From Candidatus Terraquivivens tengchongensis (GTDB lineage: Archaea > Thermoproteota > Nitrososphaeria_A > Caldarchaeales > Wolframiiraptoraceae): DNA of 64,000 bases. The notes under the pieces were generated by a model. It was not told where the DNA came from. It saw only the letters and a program-made list of their open reading frames with translations, and did no database searches. The translations under genes were made by a program, and so were the position numbers. How positions within the stretch are numbered: position 1 is the first letter of the stretch; each line of letters begins with the position of its first letter. The stretch is from NCBI GenBank assembly GCA_023261845.1, contig JALNJZ010000001.1, forward strand, positions 188,197 through 252,196. Reading direction: 5' to 3'. Below, piece by piece: positions 49,099 through 59,034 of this stretch.

Positions 49099-50943
49099 TT
49101 AGCCCTTGTTATCGTTAACAACCTTGTAATCTGCGTTGATTGTCTTTGAATTTGAGCTACCGGGGCTTTGTTGTGTAGATTGCTGTGATTGTTGGTATAT
49201 GACTGTTCCCATCTCCTGCGCTACTTTCCTCAACTCCTCCATCCTGCTCTTTATTTCTTGAACATCTTTGCCTGCTAGAGCGTCCTTTAGTTTCTTTAAT
49301 GATTCCTCAACTCTTAACTTAACGTTACTCGGTACTTTATCTCCAAACTCTTTGAAACCTTTCTCGATTGTGTAAATGAGCGATTCTGCCTCATTCCTAA
49401 GCTCTGCCTCCTCTTTTCTCTTCCTATCCTGTTCAGCATACATTTCAGCCTCCTTTATCATTCTATCTATTTCTTCCTTAGAAAGCCTATGCGGTGCAGT
49501 TATCTTTACGCTGACATCTCTACCCGTACCTAAGTCTTTTGCTGTGACCGTAAGTATTCCATTCACATCTATGTCAAAAGTTACCTCAATTCTCGGAACA
49601 CCCCTAGGTGCAGGCGGTATACCATCAAGCACAAACCTACCGAGCGATATATTATCTGCTGCCATAGGTCTCTCACCTTGGAGGACGTGTATCTCGACGC
49701 TCGTCTGGAAGTCGGCAGCTGTTGTGAATATCTGACTTCTCCTGACAGGTATTGTTGTATTCCTCTCTATGATCTTCGTGAATATGCCACCCAAAGTCTC
49801 TATACCTAACGATAGCGGCGTAACATCTAACAGGAGTACATCCTTTATTTCACCCGCTATTATTGCACCTTGGATTGCTGCACCCATAGCGACACATTCC
49901 ATCGGGTCTATGCCTCGCTCCGGCTCCTTTCCCATGAAATTCTTAACAAATTCCCTAACGATTGGCATCCTCGTCGGACCACCTACTAAGATGATCTTAT
50001 CTATGTCCTCCGGTCTAAGCTTTGCGTCAGCGAGTGCCTGTCGCATTGGGCCTGCACATCTCTCGACTATCGGTCTTACAAGCTCTTCCAATTTTGCCCT
50101 CGTGAGTGTCATGGTTAAGTGCTTAGGTCCTGATGAGTCTTGGGCTATGAATGGAAGATTTATTTCAGTCTCGTAGACCGTAGATAACTCTATCTTGGCT
50201 TTCTCGGCAGCCTCTCTCACCCTATTTATCGCCATCGGGTCTTTTGTGAGGTCAATGCCCGTATCCTGCCTGAATTTGTTGACGATATAATCCACTAAGA
50301 CTTTATCCATATCTGTACCTCCCAGCTGCGTATCGCCAGAAGTTGCTTTAACCTCGAAGACACCACCACCAAACTCAAGTATCGTCACGTCAAGCGTTCC
50401 ACCACCAAGGTCGAAGACCATAATTCTCATCTCCTTATCTTGTTTGTCAAGACCGTATGCAAGGCTGGCGGCAGTTGGTTCATTTATAATCCTGACGACC
50501 TCGAGGCCAGCTATCGTGCCAGCATCCTTTGTAGCCTGTCGCTGATTGTCGTTGAAGTATGCCGGAACCGTTATGACCGCTTTCTTCACAGGTTCTCCTA
50601 AGAAGGCCTCAGCATCCCTCTTAATCTTCTGGAGTAAGAATGCAGAAAGCTGTTGTGGTGTGAATTCCTTACCATGTAATACGTATTTATAATCGGTACC
50701 CATCTTTCGCTTGAAGGCGGTCACAGTTCCTTCTGGATTCATCACTGCTTGACGTCTGGCGGGCTCACCGACCAGAAGTTGCCCATCTTTCGTTATGGCC
50801 ACATAAGATGGGAATGCTTTGCCGTAAAGCGTCACACCCTCTGAGCTTGGTATAATTACTGGTCTTCCACCTATGACGACAGCGGCAGCAGAGTTGCTCG
50901 TTCCTAAGTCTATACCTATTATTTTCTCAGGCATGAACTCCAC
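49099..50943 (-). CDS. dnaK: Chaperone DnaK (Hsp70)
   Basis: [34 protein letters not shown]. Confidence 0.98.
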   Translation of the reverse strand: MEFMPEKIIGIDLGTSNSAAAVVIGGRPVIIPSSEGVTLYGKAFPSYVAITKDGQLLVGEPARRQAVMNPEGTVTAFKRKMGTDYKYVLHGKEFTPQQLSAFLLQKIKRDAEAFLGEPVKKAVITVPAYFNDNQRQATKDAGTIAGLEVVRIINEPTAASLAYGLDKQDKEMRIMVFDLGGGTLDVTILEFGGGVFEVKATSGDTQLGGTDMDKVLVDYIVNKFRQDTGIDLTKDPMAINRVREAAEKAKIELSTVYETEINLPFIAQDSSGPKHLTMTLTRAKLEELVRPIVERCAGPMRQALADAKLRPEDIDKIILVGGPTRMPIVREFVKNFMGKEPERGIDPMECVAMGAAIQGAIIAGEIKDVLLLDVTPLSLGIETLGGIFTKIIERNTTIPVRRSQIFTTAADFQTSVEIHVLQGERPMAADNISLGRFVLDGIPPAPRGVPRIEVTFDIDVNGILTVTAKDLGTGRDVSVKITAPHRLSKEEIDRMIKEAEMYAEQDRKRKEEAELRNEAESLIYTIEKGFKEFGDKVPSNVKLRVEESLKKLKDALAGKDVQEIKSRMEELRKVAQEMGTVIYQQSQQSTQQSPGSSNSKTINADYKVVNDNKG

Positions 50944-51025
50944 CTCCTAAACAAATGATAAGCATTATTTACTGAAACCAATGTAGCAAGTGTTAGAGGC
51001 AAAAATTAAACCTTACGTCAAAGAT

Positions 51026-51277
51026 CTAGCGAGTAAGTCTTTTTGTTAAAATAAAGGCTAAAAATCCTGCTATTAGCCCCGGAACGATTATGGATGTGAT
51101 CGTAATTATGGCTGGTGGTTCCAGACTTTCTGCAGAATTCCTCGTAGACTCCATCTCACCAAACGTTTTCATAACAACATCCTCCTTTGAGAGTAACATC
51201 GGTAACAATGTCAACGCGACGCCAAAAGTTACTGCCACAAATGTTAACACTACAACCTTTGTCACTAAGGCATTCAT
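51026..51277 (-). CDS. Small two-TM membrane protein
   Basis: 83 aa with two hydrophobic segments. Co-oriented with its neighbours. Confidence 0.6.
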   Translation of the reverse strand: MNALVTKVVVLTFVAVTFGVALTLLPMLLSKEDVVMKTFGEMESTRNSAESLEPPAIITITSIIVPGLIAGFLAFILTKRLTR

Positions 51278-51334
51278 TCCGCATCATCCTATTAATTTTT
51301 ACAATATAATTCTAACGCTTAGAACGGTTGATGC

Positions 51335-51772
51335 TTATAATCCAGATTCTTTCCAAACCCTAAACGTTTCATACCAGAGTATTATGCAGCCGACTAATCC
51401 AAATATGAGGGCTACGATGTTGTGGCTCGAGAAATTCTGTGGGTATAACAAAACATAGACTAGGAGCATCGTGGTCAATAAAACAGAATAAAAGGCATAC
51501 CTAGGCATTAAGAGTCTACCTATCTTGACAAAGTTCTTTAGCATACCAACTTTAACTACTTCGACGACTTCATATTCACCTCTTTCGGTTCTCTTCACGA
51601 GTCCCATACTGACAAGCTTCTCCAGATGGTAGTGGGCTATGCTTGGACTGCTGAAGCCTAAAACTCTTTGGACCTCCCTGACACCAATCGGCATCCCTGT
51701 GTGCTTTATCAACAACATATAAACTTGGGCGGTCTTTCCTTTAAGTTGATATTCAGTATTTCCTTCTGTCAT
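51335..51772 (-). CDS. Winged-helix transcription regulator with two C-terminal TM helices
   Basis: LKGKT..VY, GVREVQR.LGFSSPS.A.YHL.KL...GLV HTH, followed by two hydrophobic helices. Confidence 0.85.
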   Translation of the reverse strand: MTEGNTEYQLKGKTAQVYMLLIKHTGMPIGVREVQRVLGFSSPSIAHYHLEKLVSMGLVKRTERGEYEVVEVVKVGMLKNFVKIGRLLMPRYAFYSVLLTTMLLVYVLLYPQNFSSHNIVALIFGLVGCIILWYETFRVWKESGL

Positions 51773-51775
51773 GCT

Positions 51776-52573
51776 TCAACACTTCAATATCGTGTACTTC
51801 TCAGCACAAGTTTTAAGAAGCGCCCGGGTTCCTCCGGCCTCGCTCACAACCCTTAGCATCTTTTCGACGTCCGTTATCCTTATACCACCGACGGCAGTTA
51901 CACCACGCTTAAAAAGCAGATCAGGTAGCATGCTAGCTGTTGGACCAACGACCAAAACCTCCCTTGTATTGCTCGAGAGCTCGAGGAGCCTTTCTATTGT
52001 CTTATTCACAAATGCTGAACCAGTAATTATGGCGACCGAAGCATTTTTCAGGGAATTTTCAAGGCTTACGTCGGGCTCCGTTGGCAGGCCCAGCTCCATC
52101 AACACCGACTTGTTATCATCGAAGACTGTTAAGCTTTTTACATTTTGCCTTAACCTTTTAACATAAGGTGGAAAGGCCCCTATCATGACTACCCTATCTG
52201 AGGGATTTATGCTAATTATGTCTAGAGCATCATGACCAACGATAATATTGTAACGATCTTTCATTTCGCCGAATATTAACGATTGAGACGCTGCATTTAT
52301 TGTAGCTATACCGATTGTTGCCGATATCACATCCTCTTCTTCTGCCAACTTAAGGGCATCTTTAACACCCATACCGGCAATCTCACCAGCCATGGGAACT
52401 TCTGGACAACATACAGTCTCTGTGGAAGATCTCGTCATAGTATAAGACACACCACCATGGCCTGTGCTGAGCTTCACACCCGTATAAAATATTCCGATCC
52501 TTACGTCTTCCAAGCGCTCGTTCTGGAACTTGTCGGAAAGCGCCGCAATAAGTTCATGTATTAATCCAGTCAT
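51776..52573 (-). CDS. DUF364 (Rossmann-like, putative heavy-metal chelation) protein
   Basis: G.FYTGV, GIATINA, MIG.F.P, ITGSA.VN.T, VGPTAS, GG. Confidence 0.82.
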   Translation of the reverse strand: MTGLIHELIAALSDKFQNERLEDVRIGIFYTGVKLSTGHGGVSYTMTRSSTETVCCPEVPMAGEIAGMGVKDALKLAEEEDVISATIGIATINAASQSLIFGEMKDRYNIIVGHDALDIISINPSDRVVMIGAFPPYVKRLRQNVKSLTVFDDNKSVLMELGLPTEPDVSLENSLKNASVAIITGSAFVNKTIERLLELSSNTREVLVVGPTASMLPDLLFKRGVTAVGGIRITDVEKMLRVVSEAGGTRALLKTCAEKYTILKC

Positions 52574-52613
52574 GCACGGTTTAATGCATCTCCTAAGAAT
52601 TAATAAGTGTTCG

Positions 52614-52973
52614 CTAAGTCTTAAAAAATAACCATCCTATCTTTGTTTTTAACAAAACGTATTTTCCTTTAAGCTTGGAACCATTTAATATGCAAACGAT
52701 CTTCTCATCTGGAACGTATTCCAAGATTTCATAATCACCCTTATCCCATATGAGTACCTTCCCAGCACCATATCCCTCCGTTATTTCACCTTCGAATGAT
52801 GCATAATCAAGATCATGGTCTTCCTGTTGTATGCCGAGTCTCTTCACACCTTTTTCCGTTGATGGTTCTTTCCTAAATGCCCAAGATTTCAAAACACCAT
52901 TCATCTCTAGCCTCAAGTCGTAGTGAAGGCCTGCTCTTTTAGCATGATGTTCATGGACGACGAATATCGGCAT
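52614..52973 (-). CDS. Stand-alone LigD 3'-phosphoesterase (PE) domain protein
   Basis: FVVHEH.A...HYDLRLE..GVLKSWA, EDH...Y..FEG.I..GYGAG.V.IWD.G. Confidence 0.92.
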   Translation of the reverse strand: MPIFVVHEHHAKRAGLHYDLRLEMNGVLKSWAFRKEPSTEKGVKRLGIQQEDHDLDYASFEGEITEGYGAGKVLIWDKGDYEILEYVPDEKIVCILNGSKLKGKYVLLKTKIGWLFFKT

Positions 52974-52980
52974 ACAATCT

Positions 52981-53490
52981 TCACGTCTTCTTACTCTTAG
53001 CTACCTTTACCTTGGGAGGTTTCAAAACCTTATCGTCAAGCATGTAACCTTTTGTGACTTCTTCTATGATTACACCATCCTCTACGTCGTCCATCTCGAT
53101 GTGCTCTACCGCTTCGTGAAGAAATGGGTCAAATTTTTTTCCGATAGTTTCCATCCTCTTTACGCCCGAATCTTCTAGAATTTTCAGAATATCCTTGCCG
53201 ATGAGCTTCAATCCCTCAAGTAAGGGTGATTGTTGCTCACCATAATATTCTGTAGCTTTCTCTATTGCTTCGTAAACGTTTATTAACTTTATGAGTAAAC
53301 TCTCAATAGCAGCTCTTCTTGTTCTCTCTATCTCCTTTATCATGTATTTCCTAAGATTGTCCAGCTCCGCCGCTAAGTACAGATAATCGTTTCTTAATCT
53401 CTCGTTTTCCTTCTCAAGGGTTTCCAACTTCTCTCTAAGAAGCTCTAATTCTTTTGATGCCTTTTCCTCGGACATCTTTCTTTCTAACAA
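52981..53490 (-). CDS. grpE: Nucleotide exchange factor GrpE
   Basis: AELDNLRK, G..FDP..HEAV, KGY.L...VL.P..V.V. Confidence 0.95.
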   Translation of the reverse strand: MLERKMSEEKASKELELLREKLETLEKENERLRNDYLYLAAELDNLRKYMIKEIERTRRAAIESLLIKLINVYEAIEKATEYYGEQQSPLLEGLKLIGKDILKILEDSGVKRMETIGKKFDPFLHEAVEHIEMDDVEDGVIIEEVTKGYMLDDKVLKPPKVKVAKSKKT

Positions 53491-53526
53491 TCTTTATGTC
53501 TTGTAAATTTATACTTTATAAGGTCT

Positions 53527-54111
53527 TTATGGATTCTCGTTGTTTTTACAATCCATGGGACAAGTTTCTGGGGTTTCTGGGCAAGGACAACCGACGGCCA
53601 TACAGACGATCTCTTGACAAACACCATCACCGCACATATTATTACAAACTTTTTCGTTTCCAATAAATACCTCTCCAGCCCATCGTAACGTGGGTTCTTG
53701 ATCGTAAAACTCCACACCCCATATCTGAACGAGGTACTTCCCTTCTGACAACGGCCCAATCTGAATGTCAATGATGTATTGGCATATACATCTGCACATC
53801 TCACCCACATTCTTCTCTTTGATTACAATTACGCCCTCTCTAAGAAGTTCTTCGTTAAGAACGACATTAAACTTCGCACAACAGGGGTAGAGTACAACGT
53901 GCTTTAAGTAGATGTGGTTCTCCCTAACTTCCAGCGAGACTTGGTCAGCTTCAACATCTTCGTATGAGGTTGGACAACATACTGAACTGACACTATATTT
54001 TATTTGTGGTTTAGTTACCGTAATCGGTAAAGCACCACCTATATATAACATGACTGCTGTTGCCACGATGACTACTGGAATCATTACCTTCCAGACATGC
54101 TTCAACACCAA
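53527..54111 (-). CDS. Exported or membrane-anchored Cys-rich hypothetical protein
   Basis: N-terminal TM or signal, CC...CRCIC core, C-terminal CGDGVC...CPCPE....CP.DC module. Confidence 0.75.
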   Translation of the reverse strand: MVLKHVWKVMIPVVIVATAVMLYIGGALPITVTKPQIKYSVSSVCCPTSYEDVEADQVSLEVRENHIYLKHVVLYPCCAKFNVVLNEELLREGVIVIKEKNVGEMCRCICQYIIDIQIGPLSEGKYLVQIWGVEFYDQEPTLRWAGEVFIGNEKVCNNMCGDGVCQEIVCMAVGCPCPETPETCPMDCKNNENP

Positions 54112-54194
54112 ACACCAACTTATGTACTGAAAGGGCTCGTTTATATTTCTAAAAATTTGAACACAATCATCAACGATTTTGAGCCGTAATATTT

Positions 54195-54554
54195 TTAGTC
54201 ATATAGTTGGGGTCGTATTATCTGTGACTTTGTGCAATGTACTACGACTTTGTAGTCGCCAGCTTGGACCGCATAGAGACCCTGTGATGGGACTACGAAA
54301 AACTCTTGGGAGCCAGCAGGTATTCTCGGGAGCATATGTAACGTTAATGACCTGTTATCCAATATCTTGACGTTCTCTAAATCCTTCCCAGCCGTGATGA
54401 TTATCGCCATATCGGAGCAGTAAGCTGTGAGGGGCGGCGGCTGCCTGACAAACTGTGTTAGATACATATGCATGACGAGCGATGCTATGATAATAGCCGA
54501 TATACCTATCAAAAGGATGCCTATCCTCATCAGGTCACGAAATGCACTCATCAT
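54195..54554 (-). CDS. Hypothetical membrane-anchored protein
   Basis: N-terminal TM followed by a small beta-rich domain with two Cys. Confidence 0.6.
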   Translation of the reverse strand: MMSAFRDLMRIGILLIGISAIIIASLVMHMYLTQFVRQPPPLTAYCSDMAIIITAGKDLENVKILDNRSLTLHMLPRIPAGSQEFFVVPSQGLYAVQAGDYKVVVHCTKSQIIRPQLYD

Positions 54555-54842
54555 TAAAATAGATGTCCAATGAATTACTAAAACGTTTTTGTTTTAAGCA
54601 GTTGGAACATATATTCTATGTGTTTAGAATTCAATTAATTTGACCCTTAGAAATTTAATCTTTCTACTTCTTGTGAGCATTATCTCTAAGTTATTCAGGT
54701 TTTCATTAGAGCACATGCTCCAAGAGGCTCTGATATTGATTCTAATCACCTTCAGCTCATCCTCTCTTAAAACTAAAAACTCTAGTCGGCATAAACAGTG
54801 AGAGAATGAAAAAGTTACAAAATCATCTGATGTACACTTATA

Positions 54843-55171
54843 GGTGGCGGCAGCCCCCAGCGGGTAGCAGAGGGTCCGTCAGGCGCACTCGCTAGAAGCA
54901 GGATCAGGTACGGCACTACGCAGCGGCGCCGTCGCGCCTTAGTGCTGCTCTCTCCCGAGCCTGACACGGTTCGGCGCGCAAGGGATGCCTATCCCCTCCC
55001 TACGGAGAGGCTGCATCCCTCCGGGACCCCACGTAGGCGCACCCTCACGCCCCCTTCTAGCCTGCATTCCTGCCAAACCCTCCACACCCCGCCAGGTTAT
55101 CTGGCCCTCGCATATAGCCCGTTTCGAGCTAAGGGGGAAGGGCTAGCTCCCCAGCCCTACCTGCCGCCACC
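54843..55171 (-). ncRNA. ffs: Signal recognition particle RNA (archaeal 7S)
   Basis: GC-rich 329-nt stretch with terminal helix GGTGGCGGCAG/CTGCCGCCACC. The minus strand has the helix-8 motif GAACCGTGTCAGGCTCGGGAGAGAGCAGC. Confidence 0.93.
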
Positions 55172-55453
55172 ATATAAAGAAAGTATTTTGTCCGATAAAG
55201 GTTTTTACTAGTTAAACTCGTTTTGGGTACCTACGAATTTTTTAGGTATGTTTCTTTTATCTCTATTTTGAGGTCCTCACTAAAAAGCTTGATACTCTTC
55301 AGGTGTTGAGCGCTATTAAAAGCAGAATGTCAAGAATCTCGAGAAACAACCCAAAGAATGGAGGGTTTATAAAATTTTCGCATATAACCGATCCTCGTCT
55401 CTACAAGAAGTTTCCACATAATAGAACCATGGTCGCTATAATCTGAGCTTTAG

Positions 55454-56512
55454 CTAGGGTTGAGCTGAACGATAAAGCTCCATAAGGCGAGTTGGCTCAT
55501 ATATTCCCTTCTCCGTGATGATTGCTGTTATAAGTTCGGGTGGTGTCATGTCAAAGGCTGGGTTTATGGCTTTAACACCCTTCGGTGTTATTCTCGTTCC
55601 ATCAACATAGTGCACTTCATTCTCATCCCTAAACTCTATGACAACATCTTCCGGATCACTCTCAAAATCTATTGTAGAAGTAGGTGCAGCAACATAGAAT
55701 GGTATACCAAAGTGCTTGGCTACTACGGCTATCGTGAACGTACCTATTTTATTTACAACATGGCCGCTTTTTGCTAGAATTCTATCGGCTCCGACCACGA
55801 CTTTGTTAACTAGGCCTTGCTGCATAACATAGCCCACCATACCATCCGTGATGAGCTTAAATGGGACACCCATTATCTTCAGCTCGAAAGCGGTTAATCT
55901 TGCACCCTGCAACTTAGGCCTAGTCTCCGTAGCTACGACTGAAAAAGATTTTCCTTCTTCGAGCGCAGCCCTTATCACCCCAAGGGCCGTTCCATATCCA
56001 ACAGTTGCAAGGGCACCCGCATTACAATGCGTCAGTACAGCATCTCCATCATTTATTAGAGTCGAGCCGTATTTTCCTATCGCTTTATTTGTTTCCACAT
56101 CCTCGTCTGCCATCTTCTTCGCTTCATCCAGCACACTCAGAACAACTTTCTTGGCATCTCCACTCTTAGCTGCCTCCCTTGCAACTTTCATTATTCTTTC
56201 GAGTGCCCAGTAAAGGTTTATGGCCGTAGGTCTTGTTGATGCCAAAACGTTTTTTGCCTTCTCCAGTTCCGACATCAACTTTTCTACATTCTTACTTTTT
56301 ACACTCTTAGCCGCCAATGCCATACCCATCGCCGCAGCTACACCTATTGCCGGCGCACCTCTAACTGTCATGTTTTTGATGGCTTTAGCGACCTCTCTGT
56401 AATTTTTGCAGCTGATATAGACTAACTTGGATGGAAGCCTTCTTTGGTCTATGAGCTTAACTTGACCATCTTTCCAAAGAACTGTCCGTAATTCTTTGGA
56501 CATAAAAACCAC
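55454..56512 (-). CDS. mtnA: Methylthioribose-1-phosphate isomerase
   Basis: DQRRLP, VRGAPAIG, RPTAINL, THCNAGALAT, ETRP.LQGARLT, NKIGT, NPAFD.TP. Confidence 0.95.
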   Translation of the reverse strand: MVFMSKELRTVLWKDGQVKLIDQRRLPSKLVYISCKNYREVAKAIKNMTVRGAPAIGVAAAMGMALAAKSVKSKNVEKLMSELEKAKNVLASTRPTAINLYWALERIMKVAREAAKSGDAKKVVLSVLDEAKKMADEDVETNKAIGKYGSTLINDGDAVLTHCNAGALATVGYGTALGVIRAALEEGKSFSVVATETRPKLQGARLTAFELKIMGVPFKLITDGMVGYVMQQGLVNKVVVGADRILAKSGHVVNKIGTFTIAVVAKHFGIPFYVAAPTSTIDFESDPEDVVIEFRDENEVHYVDGTRITPKGVKAINPAFDMTPPELITAIITEKGIYEPTRLMELYRSAQP

Positions 56513-56533
56513 TTCCGTGCTCGCGCATAAACT

Positions 56534-57517
56534 TTAGATGGTTATTGTCAGCTCCTTATCTTTAAACTCTTCTAAGTTCACAACCTTACCAATTTTCATG
56601 GATTCGAGTATAGCCTCCGCAATGAGTGTAGCCTTTAACCCTTCAACTTCACTTACCAGTGGTTTCTTGCCGTTTCTAATGCAATTTATAAAATGCTGTA
56701 CCTCTGCCATTAATGGTTCAACCTGCTTCACCATAGGAGATCTGCTACCTTCAGCTTTTTCCACGACTATATCTCTTGAAAGAAATTGTATGCTAATGAC
56801 GCCCTCTTCGCCAGTTATATGCATTTCACGCTTCTTCCTAGGCGTGAGCCAATTAGCTTCTATCAGCGCGCTCCTATCACCTTCAAACGACAAAACAGCT
56901 TGGACGTGGTCCTCGAGTTTATGTTTTATAGAGCCTCCCTTAGCATATACGGTGACTGGTTCAGCGTTAAAGATGTACATTGCCAAATCTATGTCATGTA
57001 TAGCAGTATCTTTTACGACACCTATATCACCTATTCTCTCAGGCCAACTGCCTATTCTTTTGCTGTAAGATAGTATGATATTGCCTATCTCGCCATTTTC
57101 TATTAATTCTTTCCCTAGTTCGATTGCTGGATTGAACCTTTCTATAAAACCGACCATCACCACGCTCTTATTGCATCCCGCTTCAGTGACAATGTCCTCT
57201 GCCTGCTTTATCGTAGTGGCCATAGGCTTCTCTATTAGAACGTGCCTCTCCTCTCTTATAATCGTAAGGGCTATCTCAGCATGAGTAGTTGACGGCGTAC
57301 ATATGATAAACGCATCAACATCGTCAGATAGCGCTTCCTTGTAGTCTGTCGTATATTTTGGAATTCCGTACCTCAAAGCCAGCTCCTTTGCCCTGTTTAT
57401 ATCTATATCGCAAACGTAGGTTAAATTAACACCGGGCATCTCTTTAAGTACCCTTGCATGATTCTTGCCCCAAAAACCTGCACCGATTATTGCTACAGAG
57501 ATCTCTCGCATGTCCAT
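56534..57517 (-). CDS. Gfo/Idh/MocA oxidoreductase (nucleotide-sugar 3-dehydrogenase-like)
   Basis: GAGFWG.NH, EKP, GFIERFNP, D.AIHDID. Confidence 0.9.
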   Translation of the reverse strand: MDMREISVAIIGAGFWGKNHARVLKEMPGVNLTYVCDIDINRAKELALRYGIPKYTTDYKEALSDDVDAFIICTPSTTHAEIALTIIREERHVLIEKPMATTIKQAEDIVTEAGCNKSVVMVGFIERFNPAIELGKELIENGEIGNIILSYSKRIGSWPERIGDIGVVKDTAIHDIDLAMYIFNAEPVTVYAKGGSIKHKLEDHVQAVLSFEGDRSALIEANWLTPRKKREMHITGEEGVISIQFLSRDIVVEKAEGSRSPMVKQVEPLMAEVQHFINCIRNGKKPLVSEVEGLKATLIAEAILESMKIGKVVNLEEFKDKELTITI

Positions 57518-57601
57518 TGACCCAGCTATTTTCTGGATGCTTACTTTTTAAGTATTATTCATTCGAAGAGTAGAAGATGCATTCTACATTTTTGGAATAG
57601 T

Positions 57602-58768
57602 TTAAATGGATAAAATGTAGCCCAAGTTTATGAACTTTGCTTCCTCTTCCAACTTACGCACCGTCTGCTCGGAGATGCTTTGGGATCGTGCTGCTAAAAT
57701 TATTAGATTGACACCAAATGGAATAACTCTTTCTATACCCGCATTAACCTTTGACTCGACTTCATCTATATTATAAAAATGGACCCTAACCCCCTTCTTT
57801 GGTAATATGATGTTCATTAAATCTTTGTCAGATTCACGTTCTAATATACATGCAACTCTCAAATCCTTACCCTTACGGGATGCTGACTTAATTTCTTGCT
57901 TAAGTCTTGCGGCAATTGTCTCTAACAACATCCTCCTCATTCTAACGATATTACGCATTAGCGTCAACCTTCGCGGCAGTCTACCCTCTTCAGATACCAA
58001 GTAGTTTATCACCATCTCGGATAGTGGATCATCTTCTATTGCTGTTGCTGCTTTACATTCAGAAAGGCACAATGCATCTTTGAGGTTAACATCCACTTGT
58101 TTAAACATCAGCAAAGCATATGATGACAGTGCCTTTATGATTGCCCGTCTTGCTATAAGCAATAAGTTAGCCACCTCTGCTTCTCTAAATGTGTTATGTA
58201 ACCTTACTGCGCTTGATGGGACAAAAGCTGATATGAATTTCTTTACAATGTTGGCCGCTTCAAAGTTGGGTGAACATATAATGCATGTTTCTGTTTGTGC
58301 ATCCAAAGGTGTAATTAGGGTTACATTGATGTCCTTCCCTATATTGAGCCGTGAATACTTGTCAAGCACACTTATTATTTCTTCCATTGTTCCTGGAGGT
58401 GTAAGCCCGCTGTAGATTAGTAAAGAGTTTGGTGTAATATGCGGCGCTATTTGCTTAAAGAGGTTTATCACCATATTTATTTCTTCTTCATTTCCTAGAG
58501 CATGAGTTGTTACGAGTATTGTCTTTGACAGCGCTAAAGCACTTTCTAAGTCTGTCGTTACTGTAAGCCTTCCTTCCAAGAAGAGCTTCGTGAAAATCGA
58601 TTTAGGCACTCTGTGTAATGATGGCCTGTACTCTTTTAGCTGAGATGCGACGTAATCATTAGTTGTTGCAAAAGCAACATTATAACCTGAACTGGCTATC
58701 TTGATAGCTATCGGTATGCCGTTAACGGAAACGTCAACTTGAACTATCGTTCCCCTTGGATCCTCCAT
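57602..58768 (-). CDS. Degenerate UDP-glucose/GDP-mannose dehydrogenase-family protein (likely inactive)
   Basis: G.P.A...A..G..V, EGRL..TTD, PPGT.E and AE....L scaffold retained. GxGxxG, catalytic Lys and catalytic Cys motif are absent. Confidence 0.7.
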   Translation of the reverse strand: MEDPRGTIVQVDVSVNGIPIAIKIASSGYNVAFATTNDYVASQLKEYRPSLHRVPKSIFTKLFLEGRLTVTTDLESALALSKTILVTTHALGNEEEINMVINLFKQIAPHITPNSLLIYSGLTPPGTMEEIISVLDKYSRLNIGKDINVTLITPLDAQTETCIICSPNFEAANIVKKFISAFVPSSAVRLHNTFREAEVANLLLIARRAIIKALSSYALLMFKQVDVNLKDALCLSECKAATAIEDDPLSEMVINYLVSEEGRLPRRLTLMRNIVRMRRMLLETIAARLKQEIKSASRKGKDLRVACILERESDKDLMNIILPKKGVRVHFYNIDEVESKVNAGIERVIPFGVNLIILAARSQSISEQTVRKLEEEAKFINLGYILSI

Positions 58769-59033
58769 GTCCTTTATCCCTCCTCAAAACCCTGTATAAC
58801 CAGAACGTCGCAAGCCTATGCCATACGATAACCCAAACTGTAAGGATCAGGAAAGTCGCACCTATCCTATATATTGAAAGTAGTAAAGGTTCGCGTGACG
58901 GTGCGCCTAGTGGGATTACAAAAACCGACGCCAGATAAAGTACACAAAGGAACATACCCCACACGATCAGCAAGAAGAGAACGAGCATACATACCGTGAA
59001 AATTTTATCATTCACATTTGACATCGCGTTCAT
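58734..59033 (-). CDS. Small two-TM membrane protein
   Basis: 99 aa with two TM helices. Starts 1 nt after the aglH-like stop. Confidence 0.6.
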   Translation of the reverse strand: MNAMSNVNDKIFTVCMLVLFLLIVWGMFLCVLYLASVFVIPLGAPSREPLLLSIYRIGATFLILTVWVIVWHRLATFWLYRVLRRDKGHGGSKGNDSSS

Positions 59034-59034
59034 C

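Noticed and set aside
54600-54800. Possible pseudogene fragments on the minus strand downstream of the SRP RNA
   Set aside because: Only short open stretches with no recognisable homology.
54942-55211. 89-aa plus-strand ORF
   Set aside because: Antisense shadow of the GC-rich SRP RNA gene.
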